Source of the DNA: an uncultured Acidobacteriota bacterium
GTDB taxonomy: Bacteria; Acidobacteriota; Vicinamibacteria; Marinacidobacterales; SMYC01
Length of the DNA: 64,000 nucleotides
Reading direction: 5' to 3'
NCBI GenBank assembly: GCA_963820855.1
Contig: CAWGBY010000009.1
Location: 764,756 to 828,755 of the forward strand
Shown here: positions 38,950 to 47,671 of the stretch, piece by piece
Position numbering within the stretch: position 1 is the stretch's first letter
How the letters are laid out: every line of letters starts with the position of its first letter
Program-made: the position numbers and the translations under genes
Notes under the pieces: generated by a model
What the model was told of the DNA's origin: nothing
The model's input: only the letters and a program-made list of their open reading frames with translations
The model's database searches: none

Positions 38950-39256
38950 GTCCCTCCCGCTCACTCCGTATTCTTGAGGTCTCGGACGCTTCGGACGAGC
39001 AAGATGGAAGTGCCTTCCATCGGTTATCCTTCAAGCGGGTTAACCTTAGCGCCCCGTCGGACAAGCTCGGACACCCGGACGCCCTCTTTCTTTCTAGAAA
39101 TGAGGAGAGAGGGAGCAGGAGAGCGCTGGTTGATTCCGTGCGACTTTCGTCAGTAAGGGCTTCAGCGGCAAGCGGTTCGGTTCTGGTGGATGTCCTCGTC
39201 GGTCCTCCTGAGTCCTCCAGAGTGCCCCACAGTTTTGGAGACGTTTTGGAGACGAC
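38950..39256 (+). pseudogene. decayed 3' end of a tyrosine integrase paralogous to the one at 45228-46147
   Basis: 39231-39254 (agttttggagacgttttggagacg) matches 46091-46114 (agttttggagacattctggagacg) at 22 of 24 positions. The encoded peptide RVPHSFGDVLETTTSIV resembles RSVSSFGDILETASAVS. Weaker upstream echoes are KLGHPDA versus LAGHKDL and HSVFLRSRT versus HVLRTPS. There is no intact ORF. Confidence 0.45.
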
Positions 39257-39383
39257 CACCTCTATAGTGACGTTCGTGGCGCGACGGCCGCAGGATTCGT
39301 CTCGTCCCCGAACGAGATCGACGCCACGTCCCTGATTTTCGAGAGCTTCTTCAGCCAGCCGGGGCACTGATCCTTTGCTGCGC

Positions 39384-40530
39384 TCAACGCCCGAACCAGC
39401 GCGCCCGCCTGCTCCGCGCGAACTCGCGCTTTTCATCTGCGCCTGTCAGCGAGGCTTCCGTGTGCGGCGCCGTCACCGTTGGCCCCGTGAGGAAGTCGAT
39501 GTCGACACGACCGACCTTGTGCTCACCGAACTCGATGTAGCACGACCCGGCCCCGGCGTACTTGTCAGGCGTGCCGCTCTCCCGCAAGCGGGCGATGATG
39601 TTCTCAGCCACAACGAGTCCCGCGCCTTCGGCGAAGAAGCCCGCCTTCGGCACGCCCACGCTCGTCACGTCGCCGATGGCGTAGACGTTCTCGAATCGGG
39701 TGGTGAGATTCGTCTTGTCGACGGGGACCCAGCCATCTACCGCGAGACCGGAAGCTTCGACGACCGCCGGGACACGATGCACTGGAATGCCCAGAAACAG
39801 GGCGTACGATAGCTCTCCGCCATCGCTAAGCATCGCGACTTTCCGCGCAGGATCGATTGCGGTCACGAGGCACTGCGGCACCCAAGTGATATTCCGCTTC
39901 TCGAAGCGTTCTAGGATGGCCTGCGACGCCCCGGGCGAAGGCGGGATCGGCCGGCCCCAGGGCGACACGACGCTGATCTGCACCTCGTGACGGACGCCGC
40001 GTTCGTCCAGCCACTCGTCCAGCAGCATCGCCGCCTCGCATGGCGCAGGTGGGCACTTGAAGGGCACACCCAGCACCGCGATGATCACGTGGCCTGACGT
40101 GAACGATGGCAGCAGGTCCTGGCAGAGCGAGCGCGCCCCGGATCGAATAGAACTCGTGGCCGCCCTCGCGGAAGCCCGGTGTCGCGTCGACGTCGTAGTC
40201 AGCGCCCAGCCCGACCACGAGGTAGTCCGCATCGTACGCTCCGCGATCTGTCACGACACGCCTCGCGACCGGATCGATGGAAGTAATCGACTCCTGACGG
40301 AACTCGACGCCGGGTTTGTCGATGTCGCGGTAGAAGCGGCGCACGTCTTCGAGCGTCTCTCGTCCGAACATCAGTTCGAACTTCGAGAAACCGAACACGA
40401 ACGCCTCGCTCTTGTCGATCAGCGTGACGTGGACGTCTTCGCCGAAGGTCTCCGAAAGGCGGGTCGTCACTTCAAGCCCGCCGAATCCGGCGCCCAGCAC
40501 GACTACGTGTGCGCTCACGGCGCTTAGCAT
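39384..40530 (-). CDS. FAD-dependent pyridine nucleotide-disulfide oxidoreductase, sulfide:quinone oxidoreductase / NDH-2-like (one frame break)
   Basis: The N-terminal Rossmann motif HVVVLGAGFGGLEV follows MLSAVSA (ATG at 40530). The C-terminal two thirds lie in ORF 39384..40232 (FKCPPAPCEAAMLL..., NVYAIGDVTS). Confidence 0.85.
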
Positions 40531-40806
40531 AGCATGCCAATCGGGGACGTCGACGCAGAGGCTCGCTCGCACTCCTTCCAATGCCTACGGCAACACCAAA
40601 TGTCTGCAGAGCAATCACTCGAGAAGCGAACCGAGTCGAGCACGGCTGCAAATAGCGCGTCATCCTTTGTGTTGGATTTCTCCTTCGACAAGTGGATGTC
40701 GACACGGGCGTCGTTACCATACATAAAGACTTGTTTCCCGTCCGGCTCCGCTGTAGAGTCACGCCGACTCTAGACAGATCCGTCAACTCTTTCCAAGGAG
40801 GAGGCC

Positions 40807-41283
40807 GTGCGAAAACTTACCGGATTATTCCTGTTCGCTGTGATTTCGATCCTGACTTTCAGCGTCGTCGCGTTTGGAGCCGACAACAACGTCGGAACCT
40901 GGAAACTGAATCTGGCTAAATCCAAGTTCAGCCCCGGCCCGGCGCCGAAGAGCCAGACTTTGAAGATCGAAGCGTGGGGTGACGATGGGGTTTCGTATAC
41001 CGCGGATGGGATGAGTGCGGACGGTAAGCCGACTCATGCGGAATTCCAGGCGAAGTATGACGGCAAGGATTACCCGTTCAAGGGAAATCCGGATGCCGAC
41101 ACCATCTCCTACAAACGCATCGATGCAAATACCGTCGAGGCAAACACCAAGTTGAAAGGTAAGGCCACGATCTCCGCAAAAGTTACCGTGTCCGCTGACG
41201 GGAAAACCCGGACTGTGGCACAGACGGGCAAAGATGCGAATGGCCACGATGTGAATAACGTCGCCGTCTACGACAAGCAATAG
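40807..41283 (+). CDS. small secreted beta-rich protein (hypothetical)
   Basis: GTG 40807 lies 6 nt after AAGGAGGAGG, followed by a signal peptide (MRKLTGLFLFAVISILTFSVVAFG). 158 aa, Lys/Thr/Asp-rich. No family recognised with confidence. Confidence 0.75.
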   Translation: MRKLTGLFLFAVISILTFSVVAFGADNNVGTWKLNLAKSKFSPGPAPKSQTLKIEAWGDDGVSYTADGMSADGKPTHAEFQAKYDGKDYPFKGNPDADTISYKRIDANTVEANTKLKGKATISAKVTVSADGKTRTVAQTGKDANGHDVNNVAVYDKQ

Positions 41284-41488
41284 TTTGATAAGGGGCGGCC
41301 CGCTGCGGATCATTCAGGGTTTAGAATCGGGCCTCGAACATTTCGTCGAGTTGAGCGAAGCCCGGCGCTGACAGAGGCGGCAACCGACCGCAACCCGCGG
41401 GCTTCGATTGAGGTGACCGCGATACGCAGTGGGCCTTGGCGGTCTCCTCGTGAACACGAAGTTCCGGAGACCTAGCGCGAGCAACGGC

Positions 41489-41690
41489 GGGGTGTGTACC
41501 CCATGAGGCCCCCTAAGAAATCTGGGGGGTGTGTGTGAGAAAGTAGAATCTCCTCTCCTCCTCTCCCTCTCAATCCTCACACCCATGATTCCTTTTAGAA
41601 GGTAACCCCTAAGAATTCGGGTCGTGTGTGTCTTCACTCGGTCCACCTTTTCCCTCTCTGCTCACACACTCCGGATGGGCTTAGGAGGGT
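41489..41690. repeat. two tandem copies (period 96 nt) of a structured repeat in a gene-free 600-bp gap
   Basis: Unit 1 (41509-41584) is ccccc-TAAGAAATCT-gggggg, then GTGTGTGTGAGA, a CT-rich tract and TCCTCACACCC. Unit 2 (41605-41672) is cccc-TAAGAATTC-ggg, then TCGTGTGTGTC, a CT-rich tract and GCTCACACAC. The ctaagaa motifs start at 41513 and 41609. An extra GGGGT-gtgt-ACCCC hairpin lies at 41489-41502. Confidence 0.7.
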
Positions 41691-41905
41691 GGGACGGGGC
41701 AGGGCTCTTGAGAGGAGCGAAGGCGGAGGTGCCGATTCCGTGGCAATGAGCGTGAATCTGGAGCTCCTTTTCGATTGATAGGCCCTATACGAGGGCCCGG
41801 TGCGTTTGACACGCGTAGACCCAGTTTCCAGAATGTTAGTACTCGTGCGGTGGACTGTGTAACTCGGCAAATCGCCGCGATGTTGAGGCTGAGGAGAAGA
41901 AGAAC

Positions 41906-43353
41906 ATGCCGGTAGAAGAGTCAACAACACCAAAGAGTTTTTTGACCATAGCCGTAGGGATCGCAGCAGTTGCTACAGCAATAGGACTCGGGACTACAGG
42001 GGCATCAGAACCCGCATTTGCTGCAGCCAACCTCTCGCCGGGAGAGAGCGCAAAGTTCCGCCCGATTGCCCAGTTGCCAAAGTCGTCTACAGATTCCGCC
42101 GCATCGGTAGCAAACATCGTCAACATCACGAAGCATCCTGACGCTGGCAGGGTCGTCTTACAACGGATGGCTGACTGTTGCCGACAGTCGCGGCCCCGTC
42201 TACCTCGTCAACACCAGCTCTTACAAACAGGGGGTCACTAACCAGACCCATACAATCGTCAATCTCAAAACAGCGACGACGGGACTGGACCTCGGCAATC
42301 CTACTTCCGGCAATTCGGAACTGGGCCTCCGGTGGATTGAATACCATCCGAATTTCGCCAAGCCCAGTACAAGGGGTTACCTTAAGTTCTATACCATGTC
42401 CTGCCATGCAACCTCGACCAGATCCCTGGCGGGTGCCGTGGCGCTCGACCATACGGCTCCCTCTGGTGCGCCTACGGAATGCGACAATGTACTGAGAGGA
42501 ATGGACAATGGACCGCGCAACCATGACCGGAAAATGGCCGCGCGAAGTCCTGCGTTTTCCGCAGCTTTACACCAATCACGGAACTGATGCGCTGGTGTTC
42601 GATCCGGCGACAAAACTGCTTTACATTGGTGTCGGCGATGGCGGCAATCAGGGCGACCCCCACAATGTGTCGCAGAACAAGCAATACCTCTACGGCAAAA
42701 TCCTCCGGATTGATCCGAGAAAACCCGGCGCAACCCTTCCATCCAACATGGCCAAGGCCTCCGAGGGGACTTTTTCGTATCCCAAGGACAATCCCTATGC
42801 TGCACCGGGCGACACCGGGCGGGACGCCATCTATGCGATAGGGTTCCGTCATCCCGAGACCATGATCAGGGACGGCAACCACCTCATCGTTTTCGATATC
42901 GGCGGCAACAATTTTGAGGAAATCGATATTCTCAAGCTGGACGGCGATGAAGGCAAAAATTTTGGTTGGGACAAGGTCGAGGGACGTTCTCCACAATTTA
43001 CAACCGCCATTCCGCCAGTCGCGGGGTATACCCACGTCAGTGGAAATAAGGCGATTATCGGTGGTGCAGCACCCGAAAGCGGCCCGTATGGGGGTGTGGT
43101 CATCCTCGGGGACATCGTTTCAGGAAACGTATACTATGGCGATCGCGATGCCATGAAGGCTGCCCGCTCCTGGAGCATACCTATGGTGCCGTTGCAGCGA
43201 TTCGTTATGCACAACAACGGTGGCACTCCGCAAACGCTGATGCAGGCTTTCGGCAGGAATAGCCGGGTCGATCTGCGTCTTGTAGAGGACAATGGCAGGG
43301 TCTTTGGCGTTACCAAGCAGCGAGGGATAATCTTCGAGATATTGCCACGTTAG
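41906..43353 (+). CDS. PQQ-dependent sugar dehydrogenase-like protein (glucose/sorbosone dehydrogenase family), at least two frame breaks
   Basis: ATG follows GAGGAGAAGAAG, then a TM/signal segment (FLTIAVGIAAVATAIGLG). The middle part is in a second frame (GWLTVADSRGPVYLV...GLRWIEYHPNF). ORF 42508..43353 has LYIGVGDGGNQGDPHNVSQNKQYLYGKILRIDP and AIGFRHPE, typical of the family. Confidence 0.8.
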
Positions 43354-43511
43354 ATTGTGCCGCAGACCGCAGAAACCTTCCAGCAGTGCTGATGCAAAAG
43401 TCCGCCATTTTCTGGGCCGAGATACTGGAGATCCTTCGCCATGCCAAGGACAAGGCGATGCCCCGCGCGCTGTTGGAAATCGTTGGCAGCAGCGGCTCGT
43501 GGTTGATCATC

Positions 43512-43742
43512 TACGCGACAACGGTTGCGGTGTCAATGGACTCCGGAATGTCTCGAAGAGCACGACGCAGGGCGCTGATCTCGCGGTAGCCCTTGACCCG
43601 TCGGAATCGCTTCTGGGGCGCTGTCGATTCCAAGAGCGGTCCAGCGGCGAATCATGTCGGGATTCTTCCATCGCTTCATGTTGCGAGAGACGCGGCGAAT
43701 GCTTCGCATGAGGTTCTCGACGGCATTCGTGGTGGTGCGAAG
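43512..43742 (-). mobile_element. C-terminal fragment of a Mutator/IS256-family transposase
   Basis: The minus-strand translation LRTTTNAVENLMRSIRRVSRNMKRWKNPDMIRRWTALG continues after one shift as ...PQKRFRRVKGYREISALRRALRDIPESIDTATVVA-stop. This matches the conserved C-terminal TN.IE..N...RR ... RW...M..RW....G ... FRR.KGY pattern as I remember it. The N-terminal catalytic part is absent. Confidence 0.65.
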
Positions 43743-43745
43743 AGC

Positions 43746-44190
43746 GCAGTCCTCGACGGCGAGCTGGTTTGCCTGGACGGGAGCGGAAAGTCTCAGTTCT
43801 ACCACCTCCTGTTTCGACGAAAGGCGCCCCTCTACCTTGCGTTCGATCTGCTGTGGTGCGATGGAGCTGACCGTGACCAACCAATGGTTGCGCGAAAAGA
43901 GTTTCCTGAAGGCGCGACCGCCAGCTGAGCCAACCAAGATTCTCTACGCCGACCACGTCGGCGGGCAAGGGTTCGAACTCTTTCGGAAAGCCTGTGAACT
44001 CGACCTAGAGGGCATCGTCGCGATGCGCAAGGCCTCGCTTTATCGAGACGGCACTCGATTGCTCAAGATCCGGAATCCGAATTACACGCAAAAGGACGCC
44101 CAGAGAGCTTTTCGAGTCGCGGCGTTGATTGAGAGGAGAGACTCCCCATTTCGCCTCGTGTCGAATCAGCCGTCACGTCGCTCGGAATAA
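43746..44190 (+). pseudogene. 5'-truncated ATP-dependent DNA ligase (LigD/LigC-like) fragment with a frame break
   Basis: AVLDGELVCLDGSGKSQFYHLLFRRKAPLYLAFDLLWCDG (ORF 43593..43928) and ILYADHVGGQGFELFRKACELDLEGIVAMRKASLYRDGTRLLKIRNPNYTQ (ORF 43654..44190) correspond to ligase motifs III-V and the OB-fold. The adenylation lysine motif (KxDG) region is missing. The fragment begins within a few nt of the transposase fragment. Confidence 0.75.
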
Positions 44191-44261
44191 GGTTATCGAG
44201 GCGACTCATCAGGTCATAACCGCCCCCAAGACGAGCCCACGGAAAGCGGGGTTCCGCGCTT

Positions 44262-44549
44262 CTAGCTGGCGGCCAAATCGATCACAGGATCGAACGAGAT
44301 GTTTGCCATGTGAGCGTAGTTGTTTGTGTGAAAGGTCATGTACTCACGGAGAGCGGCCGGATTCTCCACTTCGAAGAGGGCGTAACCACCCCATGACGCC
44401 ATGAGTCCGTAGCGGTGCGTGATGCCATTTTTGACATTGCCCCAGTTGCCCGTCTTTTCCATCGCCTGATTGGCGATGCTCCACGCCTCATCGAAAGTGG
44501 CTTTGTCGCAGGGGCGATATTCGAAACGCTGCATGTAGAGCTGACTCAT
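44262..44549 (-). CDS. small hypothetical protein (possibly DUF3303-like; not verified)
   Basis: 95-aa intact ORF whose ATG follows GAGGAGAAGGAA. It has globular composition (MSQLYMQRFEYRPCDKATFDEAWSIANQAMEKTGNWGNV...). Confidence 0.7.
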   Translation of the reverse strand: MSQLYMQRFEYRPCDKATFDEAWSIANQAMEKTGNWGNVKNGITHRYGLMASWGGYALFEVENPAALREYMTFHTNNYAHMANISFDPVIDLAAS

Positions 44550-45227
44550 TTCCTTCTCCTCTTCGTTTTTGGGTTGTCTCTTCAGAACCGAGGCGTTACG
44601 CCTCGAGCAGACCCGGATTGGGTTACATGGTGACTCGCCCGCAATTCCGCCAGGCGCATCTTTACCTCCTTAAGCTTGGAAAGCGCAATCATTTTCTGGG
44701 GGGCGTCCGTCGCACTGCCCGTCGATCTGCGGACAAGACGGCCGTCCCGTCCTCCGACAAGACGCCAAGGGTGAGCTAGTGAACCGTAGATCGCATGGGC
44801 TATATGGTAAGTCACGTTGCGAATGAATTCGCTCTCTATCGTTCGTCGACAGTGATTCTGGGGCTACGCTGGAATCTGTTGATTGTTATGCGATGTCGGA
44901 CCGGTTCAATGAATCCGCGTCGGCGCGAGCCAGTAGAAAGCGACGGCCGCCTGCTCACCGGTCCGTCGTCTTCTTCGAAGGCGAAGACCGCGCCGCGCCG
45001 GTTACCTTCGCTATCGACGATGCTGGCTACAAGGATCTCGCATTCTGGATGGCGAAGCCTCCTCCTCGGTCAACGATTCATGCGGGTACTTGTCGTCCGA
45101 CATCTGAACAAGACCTCCGCGCACGAAACGAAAGCCGCGAGTTCCCCTTCATGGGCACCACAAATACTTTGTCGACGGCCCTAACCGAGAGGAGCGGTCT
45201 TTCTTTCCCCGCGACCCCTCTCGGAAG

Positions 45228-46147
45228 ATGTCAACGAGTTTGAGACGATGTGGCGCTCGCCGTTGCCTGCCAGCCTTTGGATCTGAAGACGCAAAAAACT
45301 CCTCAGATGGTTCGGGCCACCTGCTTCCGTTTCTTGGGGAGAAGCGTCTCGACGAGATCGCCAGTGAAGTCGTGCAGCGCATCAAGCAGCATTTGTCCAC
45401 TAAGGCGCCAAAGACCGTCAACAACGTTCTCACGGTGCTCAGCAAGCTTATGAAGGTAGCACTGGAATGGGGTGTCATCGAGGCGGTCCCAAGCTCTGTC
45501 AAGCTTCTTCCAGTGCCTGCCGTGGAAGCGGAGTTCCATGACTTCGACGACTACGAGAGGCTTGTGGAGGCGGCTAAAGCTACGGACGAACGTGCATACG
45601 TTGTCGTTCTTCTCGGCGGGGAAGCGGGACTGCGGTGCGGGGAGATGATGGCACTCGAGTGGACTGACGTCGACTTCTCCCGATCGCGACTTCAAGTCCA
45701 GCGCGCCGAGTGGAAAGGGAAGGTCACGGTCCCGAAAGGTGGTAGGTCGCGTCGCGTCCCAATGACGTCGCGGCTCGCAGCTGCCTTGAAGGGCCACCGG
45801 CATCTTCGCGGCGCACGCGTACTCTGCGAAAGGGATGGTGGACCTTTAACGCAGCGCCGGATTCAGGGACTTGTCGCAAGGGCCGCCCGAAGAGCGAATC
45901 TTGCGAACGGTGGAGTTCACGTGCTGAGGACACCTTCTGTAGCCATCTTTCGATGAAGGGTGTGGCGGCGCGGGCCATCCAGGAACTCGCTGGACACAAG
46001 GACCTCATGACCACCCAGCGCTATATGCATCTGAGCCCAGCGGCGGTCGAAGAGGCGATTCGCATTCTCGAGAGACCGAGAAGTGTCTCCAGTTTTGGAG
46101 ACATTCTGGAGACGGCTTCTGCCGTAAGTGCTAACTGTGAGAACTAA
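45228..46147 (+). CDS. tyrosine-type site-specific recombinase/integrase (one frame break near 45950; N-terminus may extend upstream)
   Basis: It has a core-binding-like N-terminal part (HLLPFLGEKRLDEIASEVVQRIKQHL) and catalytic motifs GLRCGEMMALEWTDVDF (Arg), HVLR-T (His-x-x-Arg, at the break) and LAGHKDLMTTQRYMHL (His...Tyr). It ends 10 nt from the tRNA 3' end. Confidence 0.9.
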
Positions 46148-46157
46148 AGGGGAAAGT

Positions 46158-46234
<77 letters not shown>

Positions 46235-46252
46235 TCACCTTTGGGGGGCGGT

Positions 46253-46282
46253 ATTATCTTCAGCCGTGGGGGCGATTGTCAA
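46253..46282 (-). promoter_or_regulatory. putative sigma70-type promoter of the tRNA-fMet gene
   Basis: The minus strand reads TTGACA (46282-46277), 18 nt, GATAAT (46258-46253), then 18 nt to the mature tRNA 5' end. Confidence 0.45.
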
Positions 46283-46303
46283 GGCCTCGAGTTTTTCAGC
46301 GCT

Positions 46304-47545
46304 TCAGCCGACGCGATCGACGTCCGCTGGCTCGCCTTCGTGGCTTTCGAGCGGACCGTAAATCTCCGACCTGAGAGTCTCGAGGCGCCGGGCGTCCTCC
46401 TCGTCGTCGACGACGAAAGCGACTCCCACGTGGTAGCCGGCGTGCTCACCGGGCGCTTCCTCGAGCCGGACCACGCGGCCCTTGAGGAAGAAATCGGAAC
46501 GCTGTCTGCGGCAGGAAGATATCGATCTCGAGCTCGGTCCCGACGTTCAGCGGGATCTGGCTTTCGACGAGGGCGCCGTTGCCGGACAGGTTCTTGGTCT
46601 CGCTTCGAAGCTCGTCCGGTCGGCGGTCGCGCCGGCTGCGGCGCTCGCGGAACACCAGGAGTTTTTTCGCGTCGAGCCGCGGCGATCGGCGCTTCTCCTC
46701 GGCGTGGAGCGTGATGCGGTTCTTCCCCTCGTGCTTCGAACGGTAGAGGGCCTTGTCGGCCAGGCGCAGCAGGCCCTCCGCGGTGTTGGAATCCGTTGGG
46801 TAGATCGCGATGCCGCCGCTTACGGAGAGCGAAATCTTCGCCGCGGTGCTCGACCCCAGGGGGATGCGGTCGAAAGCCTCTTTCGCGTCCACGCGGATGC
46901 GCTCGGAGACGATGTAGGCGCCCGTCCGGCTCGTCTCCGGCAGGATGATCGCGAATTCCTCGCCGCCATAGCGGCACGCCACGTCGATCTCGCGCACGCT
47001 CGCGCGGATGACGTCGCTGAACCTCGCGAGAGCATCGTCGCCGACGAGGTGGCCGTAGCGGTCGTTCACCATCTTGAAGTCGTCGAGGTCGAGCATCACG
47101 AGCGAGAAGGAGAGGCCGTAGCGCCGGGCCCGCTTCAGCTCCCGCCTCAAACTGGCGTCGAAGAACGGGCGGTTGTAGAGACCGGTGAGGCCGTCGGTGA
47201 TGGCGCTTCTCTCGGTCGCGAGAAACGTGCCCATCTCGACGACCTTCGGGTTCTTCATCACGGCCGCCAGGTTCTGAAAGTAGTCGAGAGCGGCGAGCTG
47301 AACGCTCGCCTCCCGCGCCGAGCGTCGAAGTGAGCTCCCTGCGGTGGCGCAGGATGCCGTTCCAGTGTGCTCGGGCGTCGGCTTCCTCGAAATCGAGCTG
47401 GGTCAGCAGGCGCAAGAGCGGCGCCACCGCTTCCGGACTCGGAGCTCAAGAGCCGCTCCAGAGGCTCGAGACGGCCCAGGCCGGCCTCTTCGAGCAAGTG
47501 GATCCAAAGCTGCCGGGAATCCCCCGAGGTCGGCAGCGACGACAT
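46304..47545 (-). CDS. diguanylate cyclase (GGDEF) with C-terminal PilZ-like domain (about three frame breaks)
   Basis: ATG 47545 follows GGGAGG. The GGDEF domain is in ORF 46446..47261 (LTGLYNRPFF...MLDLDDFKMVNDRYGHLVGD...CRYGGEEFAIILP). The tail has RRSPRLDAKKLLVF...NLSGNGALVES and, in another frame, KGRVVRLEEAPGEHAGYHVGVAFV (PilZ-like RxxxR ... D/NxSxxG pattern), ending at 46304. Confidence 0.85.
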
Positions 47546-47671
47546 AAATGCCTCCCAAAACCGGCCGAAAATCATATAAAGACAGCAATACGACAAAGTT
47601 GGGGGAGTTTCGGAGACGTCGGACCGGCAGCCCCCGAAGGGGAGATCCTAGCAGACGGCCGGGACGTCAAA

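Larger units (their letters stand above)
39257..46157. mobile_element. putative integrase-associated genomic island at the 3' end of tRNA-fMet (left boundary uncertain)
   Basis: A tyrosine integrase ends 10 nt from the tRNA 3' end. The cargo includes IS and ligase fragments and an interrupted dehydrogenase gene. G+C is visibly lower from about 40.5 to 46.1 kb (hand count 27/60 at 42901-42960 versus 42/60 at 25801-25860). A relic of a second integrase 3' end at 39.2 kb marks a possible left junction. No clean direct repeat of the tRNA 3' end was found. Confidence 0.45.

Noticed and set aside
39265-39300. A degenerate attachment site equivalent to the tRNA 3' end.
   Set aside because: Only scattered matches exist (gtggcg, cgg, gatt) and the spacing differs. 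This is too weak to annotate as a feature, so it is mentioned only as context for the integrase-tail duplication.
41314-41646. The 110-aa minus-strand ORF covering the tandem repeats (MDRVKTHTTRILRGY...SHTPPRFLRGPHG...).
   Set aside because: It is Arg-rich and low-complexity with no homology recognised. The in-frame peptide repeat simply mirrors the 96-nt DNA repeat (32 codons). I kept it only as an alternative explanation within the repeat finding.
41489-41690. A CRISPR array.
   Set aside because: There are only two repeat units, which are long (about 70-96 nt), imperfect and directly adjacent without unique spacers. No cas genes are present in the window, and no other array-like periodicity was seen.
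44582-44815. A 77-aa minus-strand ORF downstream of the small conserved ORF.
   Set aside because: It has no RBS, a Gly/Arg/Ser-rich translation and lies in a region where no frame is convincing.
29181-46157. The whole 29-46 kb segment as a single genomic island.
   Set aside because: Composition is heterogeneous even in core genes (the PAS region of the kinase is also GC-poor). Several genes in 30-39 kb look like ordinary chromosomal genes of this lineage, and no left-end repeat was found. Only the integrase-proximal part is annotated, and that with low confidence.
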